In this document: in pieces, positions 40,332 to 48,282 of the stretch
How positions within the stretch are numbered: the first letter of the stretch is position 1
How the letters are laid out: every line of letters begins with the position of its first letter
IMG/VR virus record: IMGVR_UViG_3300006125_000005
Coordinates: 15,910-79,909 of that record
DNA length: 64,000 bases
Reading direction: 5' to 3' (one strand)
DNA from: a virus
Lineage: Duplodnaviria; Caudoviricetes
Position numbers and translations under genes: made by a program
Notes under the pieces: generated by a model
Database searches by the model: none
Told to the model about the DNA's origin: nothing
What the model saw: only the letters and a program-made list of their open reading frames with translations

Positions 40332-40534
40332 AAAAAACCTCACTTAAAGATCAAATTGCTAACTATGTTAAGTCTGGTGAAATTAAGCACACTATTGTAG
40401 GTGCTATGGTTACTTATGATAACCCTTCAGAAATCCACGATAGGAATGTAGAAAAATTTGCAAAGACTATTGCTGAGTTAATTGAGGGAGCAAAAGCCTA
40501 CGATAAAAAGCATCGCAACAATGTAAAGAACTAG
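40325..40534 (+). CDS. Small hypothetical protein
   Basis: ORF overlapping the end of rpf; ATG at 40325 preferred. Confidence 0.5.
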   Translation: MVEKTSLKDQIANYVKSGEIKHTIVGAMVTYDNPSEIHDRNVEKFAKTIAELIEGAKAYDKKHRNNVKN

Positions 40535-40585
40535 AGAAACTAGTAAAAGTAACAGTAAAATACTATCCTAATGGATAGTCATATC

Positions 40586-40648
40586 GGGGGATACCGCACC
40601 GGGGTTGCAGTCGAGCATCATGCTTTTGACTCCCCCGGGTCCCCTTTC
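40586..40648 (+). terminator. Long GC-rich hairpin (terminator or small RNA)
   Basis: gggga..ccgggg..agtc..gcat-c-atgc..gact..ccccgg..tcccc followed by tttc. Confidence 0.4.
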
Positions 40649-40650
40649 TA

Positions 40651-40679
40651 TTGATTTACTATAGTAGATATATTAAACT
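40651..40679 (+). promoter_or_regulatory. SigA-type promoter
   Basis: TTGATT-N17-TAAACT. Confidence 0.65.
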
Positions 40680-40713
40680 ATATTTAAGTAGTTTAAAATG
40701 AAAGGAAAGTAAG

Positions 40714-40953
40714 ATGGCAACAACCGTAGATTACAGTGAAAAGAATCGACGACGCAAAGAGGGCAAAAACAATGGCCCAGCTAATGTTCGAGCAAATGCA
40801 AAGCAACTCCGTAAAATGGTTGGTGGGGCTTTTGGTAACCTGAAGGAAGATTTCCAAAGGGAATGTCTTCCAGGTACCCTCGGTAGTGTTAGTGAAAATG
40901 CTAACAATAAGAACGAAATGAAAAAGGGTAAGAAGGGTGGAGTAAGCATCTAA
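40714..40953 (+). CDS. Small basic protein
   Basis: 79 aa, Lys/Arg-rich; gaaagga RBS. Confidence 0.6.
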   Translation: MATTVDYSEKNRRRKEGKNNGPANVRANAKQLRKMVGGAFGNLKEDFQRECLPGTLGSVSENANNKNEMKKGKKGGVSI

Positions 40954-41378
40954 TGCAAACCTTCCTTCCCTATGAGTCCTTTACTGAATCAGCCAAGGTA
41001 TTGGATATGAAGCGTCTTGGCAAACAGCGTGTTGAGACTATGCAAATTATGAATGCTATTCTTACTCCTGGGCATGGATGGAAAAACCACCCAGCTGTTA
41101 AGATGTGGAGGCCTTACCTTCCTGTACTTTGGGATTATCAGCAAGCTATTTGTAATGAGTGGACATCTAGAGGGTATAAAGATACTTGTCTAGAAAAGTC
41201 TAGAGCACTTATTGCTGGACAAGAAAATATTGAGTCTAATGGTATTCCAAAGTGGTTGGGTAACAGAGACTTCCACCTAAGCCACCAGAGTAATCTAGTA
41301 AGAAAGCTTCCAGAGTATTACGGTCCTTTGTTCCCAGATATTTCTGGAGATTTGCCATATATTTGGCCAGGGGAGTAA
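40953..41378 (+). CDS. Pyrimidine-dimer DNA glycosylase family (DenV / MSMEG_6728-like)
   Basis: MQTFLPY...LDMKRLGKQRVE...GWKNHPAVKMW...SHQSNLVRK...LPYIWP. Confidence 0.8.
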   Translation: MQTFLPYESFTESAKVLDMKRLGKQRVETMQIMNAILTPGHGWKNHPAVKMWRPYLPVLWDYQQAICNEWTSRGYKDTCLEKSRALIAGQENIESNGIPKWLGNRDFHLSHQSNLVRKLPEYYGPLFPDISGDLPYIWPGE

Positions 41379-41379
41379 A

Positions 41380-42321
41380 ATGGAAAAAGTAGAGTTAATG
41401 CTATCAAAGTCTACGGACCCAGAAGATTTGCATGATCCATTTTGGGCAAATTATTGGATGGAGCCAAAGCTTGATGGTATGAGAGCAGCTGTTCTCAAAG
41501 TAGGTAACGAAGTTACTATCTATGGTAGGTCTTGGATTGAGTATCAAGACCATGTCCCTCACCTAGTAGAAGCTTTTAAGGCTATTCCACTTGATTTTCA
41601 CTTAGATGGAGAACTTTGTTATATAAATGGGTTTGGAAAGGTAGAGAACTTCCCAGATCTAAGTGTACCTATTGTAGACTTTAACCGAACTATGAGGGTT
41701 ATGGGGTCCAATCCAGATGTTGCTGTTGAAAAGCAGATTGAAAATGGGTATATCAGTTTTGTAGCTTTTGATACTATCGAAATGAATGTTACCTATGAGA
41801 ATAGAGCCATTGATTTAAATAATCTTCCTGAACTTACTCAGTCTAGATTTATCCACCGTATTCCAGTTTTTGATGATTGGACTCCAATACTATATAATCA
41901 GTTAGTGGAATTGGGTTGTGAAGGGGCAATGCTTAAGAATAGGCATTCCTTTTATAAGTCTGGTAGACCCAATAAAACGATGTATAAGATTAAGAAAGAA
42001 GAAACATATGACGTTGTCGTCTATGAAGCTTACGAAGGCACTGGAAAACATACAGGGCGACTTGGCGGCCTTAAATTTGGAGCTTATCTTCCTGATGGAC
42101 AATTTAAAAAGGTTGGACGTGCTGGTGGAGGATTCAACGACGAGCAACGTCAGTATATCTGGGATAACAAAGACAGTATCCTTGGAAAAGTAATGGAAAT
42201 TAAGTGTAACGAAACTGTAGGGTCTGGTGAATATAGAACCCCAAGACATCCTCAGTTTATTACTTGGCGTTATGATAAGAAAGCAGAAGAATGTTTGATG
42301 GAGCAATTTAAGAGTGATTAA
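41380..42321 (+). CDS. ATP-dependent DNA ligase
   Basis: EPKLDG (motif I), LDGEL, FVAFD, EGAMLK, KIK, OB domain, RHPQF..R.DK. Confidence 0.9.
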   Translation: MEKVELMLSKSTDPEDLHDPFWANYWMEPKLDGMRAAVLKVGNEVTIYGRSWIEYQDHVPHLVEAFKAIPLDFHLDGELCYINGFGKVENFPDLSVPIVDFNRTMRVMGSNPDVAVEKQIENGYISFVAFDTIEMNVTYENRAIDLNNLPELTQSRFIHRIPVFDDWTPILYNQLVELGCEGAMLKNRHSFYKSGRPNKTMYKIKKEETYDVVVYEAYEGTGKHTGRLGGLKFGAYLPDGQFKKVGRAGGGFNDEQRQYIWDNKDSILGKVMEIKCNETVGSGEYRTPRHPQFITWRYDKKAEECLMEQFKSD

Positions 42322-42790
42322 AACAGAGTGGATGAAGGACGGAAATTGCAAGGAGATGAATCCTAATCTTTTTTACATCGAAAGAGGAGAAAAGATTTTG
42401 GATGAAGTAATTGTTGCCTGTATGACTTGCCCAGTAAGAGAGCAATGTGAAGAATATTCCGTCAAACATGAAGCTTATGGATATTGGGCTGGCCTTTCTG
42501 AAAAGGCCCGTAAGAATTTGAGGGCTGAAAGAAAGATTACTCTTGAGTCTCCAAATGGTGACTGGGTGAATTGGCAAGCTATTACTAGACAGATGAGAGC
42601 CGCTGGTTTTGGCGAAAAGAAAGTTAAAGTTTCTACTAGAAAAGTAGCCCAATGTGCTACAGTTTCTGGTTACATGAAGCACCGTAGAAATAAAACAGTT
42701 ATTTGTGAACCTTGCAGACAGGCTAATAGGGAGTACTCAGCTATACTTAGACAAAAGAAAAAAGAAAGAGAAGGGTCAAAAGTAGCATGA
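42314..42790 (+). CDS. whiB: WhiB-family transcription factor with extra C-terminal Cys/His domain
   Basis: C...CMTCPVREQC...YGYWAGLSEKAR; C-terminal CATVSGYMKH...CEPC. Confidence 0.85.
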   Translation: MIKTEWMKDGNCKEMNPNLFYIERGEKILDEVIVACMTCPVREQCEEYSVKHEAYGYWAGLSEKARKNLRAERKITLESPNGDWVNWQAITRQMRAAGFGEKKVKVSTRKVAQCATVSGYMKHRRNKTVICEPCRQANREYSAILRQKKKEREGSKVA

Positions 42791-43512
42791 AAGTTGGATT
42801 AGTAATTCCAGTACTAAATAACTTTCAGCAAGCTTTGGACCTAATTGCTTCAGCTAAGACCAAAAGTCATGAGCTAAAGATTTATATCCAACAGCAATAC
42901 CATTATCAAAAGCCATTAGCTGCTGCTTGGAATACAGGAATTAGTCAAGCTATTAGAGATAATTGTGGGTATATCATTGTTGCCAATGATGATGTGCTTT
43001 TTGCTCCTGATTCTATTGATAGAGCAATTATGGAGTTTGCCAGTTTAGATAGTGAATACGTACTCTATGGGTTTAAGGATGCAAAAAAAACTTTTGATAA
43101 CCCATTAGAGATTCTTTTCTCAGGCTCAGATACCGAATGGGTATTAGAGGAAGCTGAGTTATTTTCTTGCTTCATTGTAGATAGTAGATTCTTTGATACT
43201 TGTGGAAAGTTTGATGAAAACTTTTTGCCTTGTTTCTGGGAAGACAATGATATGCATTATAGAATCCACTTATTAGGTTATAAGATTTACCACTCTAGTA
43301 CTCCCTATATCCATATTGGAAATCAAACTACTAGGTTCCTTAGTCAAAGTGTAGTACAGAATGGAGCAAAGTATTTTGTTGAAAAGTGGGGAAGTTTAAA
43401 TCGTGGACAAGCAAATTGGGATAAAAGTTTTACTCCACCTTTGATGGAGCTATATACTGTCCCTTATAATAATTTAGAGTATACCCCAAAAGAATGGAGA
43501 AATTATGTCTAA
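42787..43512 (+). CDS. Glycosyltransferase, GT2 (GT-A) family
   Basis: VIPVLN, LAAAWNTGI, ANDDV, GKFDENF...WEDND. Confidence 0.85.
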   Translation: MKVGLVIPVLNNFQQALDLIASAKTKSHELKIYIQQQYHYQKPLAAAWNTGISQAIRDNCGYIIVANDDVLFAPDSIDRAIMEFASLDSEYVLYGFKDAKKTFDNPLEILFSGSDTEWVLEEAELFSCFIVDSRFFDTCGKFDENFLPCFWEDNDMHYRIHLLGYKIYHSSTPYIHIGNQTTRFLSQSVVQNGAKYFVEKWGSLNRGQANWDKSFTPPLMELYTVPYNNLEYTPKEWRNYV

Positions 43513-44764
43513 ACTAAAAGTACTTTCGTGGGGTGATTACGCCTGCTCTACTGGTTTTGCTACAGTCAATAGTAATATCATGAGAGAACTAAATAAGACT
43601 GGTAAGTATGATATTGATGTAATTGGTATCAACTATGATGGTGGCCCGTACGATACTGAAAGGTTTCCAGGCAGAGTCTGGCCAGCTATTAGTGCCCTTA
43701 GACAGCAAGGTCCATATGGAGACTACTTTGGGAGACAGGTATTCTTAGATGCTATTACTTCAAGAGATTATGATATCATTTTTGTAATTCAGGATTCTTT
43801 TATTGTTGAGAGTATTACAGAGCAATATTTGCAAATTGCAAGGACCAAAGAGAATAAGTTTGCTTCCATCTACTATTACCCATTTGATTGTACCCCAAAG
43901 CCAAATTGGGTTATGCAGGGTGTTGCTCCTTGGGACTTCCCAGTTGCCTATACTGAGTATGCAAAGAATGAATCCAGAAAAGTTATTGGTCCATTAGCTG
44001 AAAGACACGATGTCATCTACCATGGGACTAATACCAAGGACTTCTTTCCAATTATGGACCCAAGTGTACTTAAGCAAGTACGTAAGAATATCTTCCAAGA
44101 TAATAGTGAAAGATTTATCATTACTAACGTAAACCGTAATCAGGGACGTAAAGATGTTGCTCGTTCCTTTATGGTCCTTAGAGAGCTTCGTGATAGAGGA
44201 TATGAAGAGCCATTCCTCTATATGCATATGCAAGAGACAGATTTTGGTGGCTCTATTATACAACAAGCTTCTAGTTTTGGATTAGAACCTGGAAAGGATT
44301 GGAGTCTTCCTAACCCACAGCAATTTAGTGCTCACTCTGGGTTTCCGATTCAAATGCTTAACGAAATTTATAATGCAAGTGACTGTTACCTTACTACAAC
44401 ATTGGGTGAAGGTTGGGGCTTATCTATTACAGAGGCAATGTCAGTTGGCCTTCCAGTAGTTGGTCCAGATAATACTTCCTTAAAAGAAATCTTAGGGGAT
44501 AATAGGGGGTGGTTGGTTCCATCAGGGGATACCCCTACTCACTTCATTATCAAAGAGAGTGACAATGATAGACTCCGTCCCCTTATGAATGTAGAAAAAG
44601 CTGCAGATGCCATTATTGAAGTTATGGAAGGTAAGCATCCAGAAAGAGCTGAAAATGCTTATGCTTGGGCTTCAGATTTAACTTGGCAAAAGGTAGCTAG
44701 ACAATGGATGGAAGTTTTTGACAAAGCGGCCAATAAGGTTAAGATATCCAAAAACTTCAAATAG
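43505..44764 (+). CDS. Glycosyltransferase, GT4 (GT-B) family
   Basis: STGFA, IYHG, NRNQGRK, YNASD...GEGWGLSITEAMSVGLPVV. Confidence 0.88.
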   Translation: MSKLKVLSWGDYACSTGFATVNSNIMRELNKTGKYDIDVIGINYDGGPYDTERFPGRVWPAISALRQQGPYGDYFGRQVFLDAITSRDYDIIFVIQDSFIVESITEQYLQIARTKENKFASIYYYPFDCTPKPNWVMQGVAPWDFPVAYTEYAKNESRKVIGPLAERHDVIYHGTNTKDFFPIMDPSVLKQVRKNIFQDNSERFIITNVNRNQGRKDVARSFMVLRELRDRGYEEPFLYMHMQETDFGGSIIQQASSFGLEPGKDWSLPNPQQFSAHSGFPIQMLNEIYNASDCYLTTTLGEGWGLSITEAMSVGLPVVGPDNTSLKEILGDNRGWLVPSGDTPTHFIIKESDNDRLRPLMNVEKAADAIIEVMEGKHPERAENAYAWASDLTWQKVARQWMEVFDKAANKVKISKNFK

Positions 44765-44780
44765 GTGTAGTTTATTAAAT

Positions 44781-44809
44781 TTGATAGTAATTGTTTAACA
44801 TATTATACT
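44781..44809 (+). promoter_or_regulatory. SigA-type promoter for the tRNA region
   Basis: TTGATA-N17-TATACT. Confidence 0.65.
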
Positions 44810-44837
44810 TTTATTATTAAGGAAAAGAGGAAAGTAA

Positions 44838-45053
44838 GTGCACCATATCATCACCTTTATAGGTGAATGTCCAGAAGCAGCTCATTGTAATTATGTACAT
44901 AAGACATTAGGCCTTTTGAGTGATGCACCTCATATTACCTCTGAAGTTGTTGTCTCCCTAGTTGAGCTAGGTATAGGTTTCCTTTTTGGTAGGAGATACG
45001 CTTGGACTAAGCTTCACCGTAAGTTTGATAAGGAGCATAACATAGAGCATTGA
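44838..45053 (+). CDS. Small His-rich putative membrane protein
   Basis: GTG start; one hydrophobic segment (VVVSLVELGIGFLFG). Confidence 0.5.
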   Translation: MHHIITFIGECPEAAHCNYVHKTLGLLSDAPHITSEVVVSLVELGIGFLFGRRYAWTKLHRKFDKEHNIEH

Positions 45054-45060
45054 TGTAGAA

Positions 45061-45136
45061 GGGCCACTAGCTCATCAGGAAGAGTAGGGGACTTTTAATC
45101 CCAAGGTACCGGGATCGAGACCCGGGTGGCCCACCA
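45061..45136 (+). tRNA. tRNA-Lys(UUU)
   Basis: gggccac/gtggccc acceptor stem; loop CT-TTT-AA; encoded CCA; atypical T-loop ATCGAGA. Confidence 0.9.
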
Positions 45137-45141
45137 TAATA

Positions 45142-45215
45142 CGGAATGTGGCGCAGCTTGGTAGCGCACCTGCTTTGGGAGCAGGGGGTCGTGAGTTCGA
45201 ATCTCACCATTCCGA
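45142..45215 (+). tRNA. tRNA-Pro(UGG)
   Basis: cggaatg/cattccg acceptor stem; loop TT-TGG-GA; TTCGAAT; no encoded CCA. Confidence 0.95.
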
Positions 45216-45217
45216 CT

Positions 45218-45283
45218 TTGGCAGCTAGAAAAAATATAGAGTCGTGATTCGCAGTCACTCCTATAAACCACTATAGCTGCCAA
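45218..45283 (+). ncRNA. Unexplained rod-shaped stem-loop inside tRNA array
   Basis: Perfect 10-bp ttggcagcta/tagctgccaa stem; inner tatag/ctata and gtga/tcac stems. Confidence 0.4.
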
Positions 45284-45287
45284 TTAA

Positions 45288-45368
45288 GGGTTGGTGCCGG
45301 AGTGGACAAACGGAACTGGCTGTAAACCAGTCGCGAAAGCTACGGGGGTTCGAATCCCTCTCAACCCA
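45288..45368 (+). tRNA. tRNA-Tyr(GUA)
   Basis: gggttgg/tcaaccc acceptor stem; loop CT-GTA-AA; long variable arm gc-gaaa-gc; TTCGAAT. Confidence 0.95.
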
Positions 45369-45373
45369 CCCAA

Positions 45374-45447
45374 GCCTCAATACCCCAATTGGCAGAGGGA
45401 ATCGACTTAAAATCGATAAAGTGTGGGTTCGAATCCCACTTGAGGCA
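45374..45447 (+). tRNA. tRNA-Leu(UAA) with short variable arm
   Basis: gcctcaa/ttgaggc acceptor stem; loop CT-TAA-AA; TTCGAAT; 74 nt. Confidence 0.9.
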
Positions 45448-45463
45448 CTTTGAAAGGAGAAAA

Positions 45464-45658
45464 ATGACTAAAGAATATACACCAACTACAATTTGGAAGA
45501 TTGGCAATATGCACGTCTTTAAGCAAACGGATGGAAAGTTTGTAGTTAGTTATAAGAAGGGTAAAGAGTTTTACTATACAGAATTTGTATACGAAGACCA
45601 TAATGATGCAAAGCATAAGGCAAGGGAATTGTATATGGAAGGACACCTTTATGTCTAA
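45464..45658 (+). CDS. Small hypothetical protein
   Basis: ATG at 45464 with aaaggag RBS; the longer ORF-track start overlaps tRNA-Leu. Confidence 0.6.
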   Translation: MTKEYTPTTIWKIGNMHVFKQTDGKFVVSYKKGKEFYYTEFVYEDHNDAKHKARELYMEGHLYV

Positions 45659-45887
45659 TAGGGATTTAAGGTGGGCAGCAAAGACGTTGTTAGAATTTAA
45701 TAATGTTCCAGCTACTCCAAAATATATTGATGCTTTTTGTAATCCTTCTGGTAATGAGCAATGGATTAAGGCTATAATTAAAGGAGCATCCCCAGTAGTT
45801 GGAAGTATGACAAGTCCATATTATCAGCAAGCAATTGATATTCTCAAAGAAAATGGTATTCCTGTAGACATTTACAGAGTTGGTTAG
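45651..45887 (+). CDS. Small hypothetical protein
   Basis: ATG at 45651 overlapping upstream stop; gaagga RBS. Confidence 0.55.
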   Translation: MSNRDLRWAAKTLLEFNNVPATPKYIDAFCNPSGNEQWIKAIIKGASPVVGSMTSPYYQQAIDILKENGIPVDIYRVG

Positions 45888-45911
45888 TTGTACAATAAAA
45901 TATAAGTATAG

Positions 45912-45984
45912 GCCTCAGTAGCTCAACGGACAGAGCACCTCGTTTCTACCGAGTCGGTTGGGGGTTCGATTCCCTCCTGGGGCA
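45912..45984 (+). tRNA. tRNA-Arg(UCU)
   Basis: gcctcag/ctggggc acceptor stem; loop TT-TCT-AC; TTCGATT. Confidence 0.9.
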
Positions 45985-46002
45985 CCTAAGAAAGGAAATA
46001 GT

Positions 46003-46161
46003 ATGAAATTTAAAGTTGGAGATTACGTAGCAATCGAAATTGGAAAGATTATTGGCTTTACTTCTGATGGTAAAGCAGTAGTAGAGTTTTCATCATTCCC
46101 AGATGATTTAATGACCTGTGATACAAAAGACTTGTTCCCCTTTTCCCCACCAGAAGAATAG
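46003..46161 (+). CDS. Small SH3-like hypothetical protein
   Basis: MKFKVGDYV...GKIIGF...AVVEF; gaaagga RBS. Confidence 0.55.
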   Translation: MKFKVGDYVAIEIGKIIGFTSDGKAVVEFSSFPDDLMTCDTKDLFPFSPPEE

Positions 46162-46169
46162 TAGTTTTA

Positions 46170-46240
46170 GGACCTATAGTTTAATGGTAGAACGCCTGCT
46201 TTACACGCAGGGTATGGGAGTTCGATTCTCTCTAGGTCCA
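46170..46240 (+). tRNA. tRNA-Val(UAC)
   Basis: ggaccta/taggtcc acceptor stem; loop TT-TAC-AC; TTCGATT. Confidence 0.9.
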
Positions 46241-46242
46241 CT

Positions 46243-46300
46243 AGCTGTAGGCTCCGTTAGGCTTTTGTGCTGAGACTTAATCCATAACTACCCTACAGCT
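46243..46300 (+). ncRNA. Second unexplained stem-loop directly 3' of a tRNA
   Basis: Perfect 9-bp agctgtagg/cctacagct stem; inner gtta/taac. Confidence 0.35.
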
Positions 46301-46322
46301 TTAATCGAAAGGAGAAAGTAAG

Positions 46323-46577
46323 ATGGAAGTTAAACTTAGCGTAAGCATTGGAGCAACTCTTCAGGTAAAGAATGCCAAAGGTGAATGGGATTGGATTAAG
46401 CCTGAAGTAGGTTGTGAAATTAAGCTTATTGATGGTGAGATTAACGACAGCATGCAAACAGCTTTTGTTGATATGTGGGATAAGGTAGTAGGTCCCCAGT
46501 TCCAAAGTGTAGTAAATGAGCTTATTAGTGAGCAAACCCCTAAGGCCCCTACATATAATGAGGATGATCCCTATTAG
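46323..46577 (+). CDS. Hypothetical protein
   Basis: 84 aa; aaggag RBS. Confidence 0.6.
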   Translation: MEVKLSVSIGATLQVKNAKGEWDWIKPEVGCEIKLIDGEINDSMQTAFVDMWDKVVGPQFQSVVNELISEQTPKAPTYNEDDPY

Positions 46578-46580
46578 GAA

Positions 46581-46609
46581 TTGATTTCCTAATAAATAAC
46601 AATTAAAAT
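46581..46609 (+). promoter_or_regulatory. SigA-type promoter
   Basis: TTGATT-N17-TAAAAT. Confidence 0.65.
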
Positions 46610-46640
46610 AATTATATTAGGTAGTAAAAAAAGGAGAAAA

Positions 46641-47372
46641 ATGGAAGAGTTTGAACTAGAGTTTAAGTCAAAGAGTGTAAATGATTTCGGTATTGATCTA
46701 AACTCTTTACTCAGTACGTTTGATGAGTGGTCAGTTAAAAAGGAAGAGCCAAAGACCCCAAGTCGCTCTGATACCCGTAAGCAATGGGCAGAGAAAGAAG
46801 GGCTTAGCTCAGAAGATATAGAGACCCTTTCCAAGCTGTTGGAAGTTTTTAATTCTACTCCAACTAAGGGTATCCAGCATTTCCTTACTGAAGAGGAATT
46901 GGACCAACTTACTGATGAGCTTATGACTATCCGTAATACTTCGGATATGTTGTCTGGCCGTGAGTCAGCTATTAGGTCAGTTGTTTTTGAGCAAATCAAT
47001 AAGCAGCTTGAGCAAGATGGATATGAGCCAGATATTACTTCTGGTAAGATTGATGTTCCAGAGTTTGGTGTTAGTCTTTCTAAGGAAGTAAGTGGCAATA
47101 AGCCTTCCATTGATGTTTATGCCCTTAAGGATATCTTGGATGAGACCCAATTTGACTCGGTTGTCATTAAGTCTACTATTAATAAGGTATCCATTTACCC
47201 CAATGGTAAGAGATTTGAAGAGACTCAAGTAGAATATGAACTTGATGAAAAGGCTTTGCAGACTCAGCTTGAAAAGGGTAACATTGGTATGGAGCAGCTT
47301 CTAAAGGCTACTACCTATTCTACTCGTAGAACGGCGTTTTATGTCAGAAAGATTAAGACATCCGATAATTAA
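46641..47372 (+). CDS. Hypothetical acidic protein
   Basis: 243 aa; aaggag RBS. Confidence 0.6.
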   Translation: MEEFELEFKSKSVNDFGIDLNSLLSTFDEWSVKKEEPKTPSRSDTRKQWAEKEGLSSEDIETLSKLLEVFNSTPTKGIQHFLTEEELDQLTDELMTIRNTSDMLSGRESAIRSVVFEQINKQLEQDGYEPDITSGKIDVPEFGVSLSKEVSGNKPSIDVYALKDILDETQFDSVVIKSTINKVSIYPNGKRFEETQVEYELDEKALQTQLEKGNIGMEQLLKATTYSTRRTAFYVRKIKTSDN

Positions 47373-47670
47373 TGACGATGAGCCTAGATTTACCCAATCT
47401 ATGGCTGCGGCATTCTTTGACCTAACTTCCCAATCTTTGAAGTTCAAAGAGGCCAGGGGTTATTTTATAGACCATGAGGGTAATCCAATTGAGATCTATA
47501 GAACCCCTGGTGGGGAGAGGAGATATAGTCTAAACGATATTTGGCGTATTGCTCATGCTTTACGTAGACAGAATAAGATGACTGATAGACAGTTGAGACT
47601 TATTACATTAAGAGTAGATGCTTTTAAGGAACCCATTAAAAAGCATAGAGTGAGATATAGGAAGGGTTAA
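47341..47670 (+). CDS. MerR-like helix-turn-helix DNA-binding protein
   Basis: FTQSMAAAFFDLTSQSLKFKE...RTPGGERRYSLNDI. Confidence 0.7.
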   Translation: MSERLRHPIINDDEPRFTQSMAAAFFDLTSQSLKFKEARGYFIDHEGNPIEIYRTPGGERRYSLNDIWRIAHALRRQNKMTDRQLRLITLRVDAFKEPIKKHRVRYRKG

Positions 47671-48282
47671 ATGAAGGTTGCTTTTACTGGTGCCCATGGA
47701 GTAGGTAAGACTACTCTATCTAAAATGTTGGAGGAAGTACTTGAAGAAACTTATCCTGAAAGTTCTGTATGTAAGCTCGGGTCTGCTACTCGTGACGTTC
47801 TCTCTTGGGGCGGTAATGATGGAGCAGGTAGAAGAATTTCTATTAACCCAGATGACCCAACATTCCAAGTAGCCTCTGCCCTTAAACGTAGGGAGTGGAT
47901 GCTACATCCTTTCAACCTTAAGATGGACTTTCTCATCAGTGAGAGGTGGGCTATTGATGAGTGGGTTTATCAAAATGCAGCCAATAGTGAATGGACTAAT
48001 CCAGCAAGAGTTGGGGCTGCTTCGTTTTTAGCTGATGAAGCCCGTTGGGAGATCAAAGAGTATTGGGATGTTATTTACTATATCCCCGTAACGGATAGGC
48101 CCCTTGAAGATGATGGAATAAGGCCCCTTGGCAAAGAGTTCCAGTATAAGGTAGATAGATTCTTTAAAAGGGAATTGAATTCCCTAAGTGAACAATATAA
48201 AATTAAGGTAGTATCCCAAACATTAGAGGAGTGCTTGGAGTTCTTTAGGGAGGAAGTAAGAAATTGGAAGATAGAGCGTTAG
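47671..48282 (+). CDS. P-loop nucleotide kinase (NadR/AAA_28 or dNMP-kinase-like)
   Basis: VAFTGAHGVGKTT, ISERWAID, DVIYYIP...EDDGIR. Confidence 0.7.
   Translation: MKVAFTGAHGVGKTTLSKMLEEVLEETYPESSVCKLGSATRDVLSWGGNDGAGRRISINPDDPTFQVASALKRREWMLHPFNLKMDFLISERWAIDEWVYQNAANSEWTNPARVGAASFLADEARWEIKEYWDVIYYIPVTDRPLEDDGIRPLGKEFQYKVDRFFKRELNSLSEQYKIKVVSQTLEECLEFFREEVRNWKIER

Noticed and set aside
45067-45463. ORF-track proteins overlapping the tRNA cluster
   Set aside because: They translate tRNA sequence; the real gene starts at 45464 with its own RBS
45216-46300. Theta / HDV-like ribozymes 3' of tRNAs
   Set aside because: The elements fold as simple end-to-end rods; I cannot find the nested double pseudoknot or catalytic J4/2 strand
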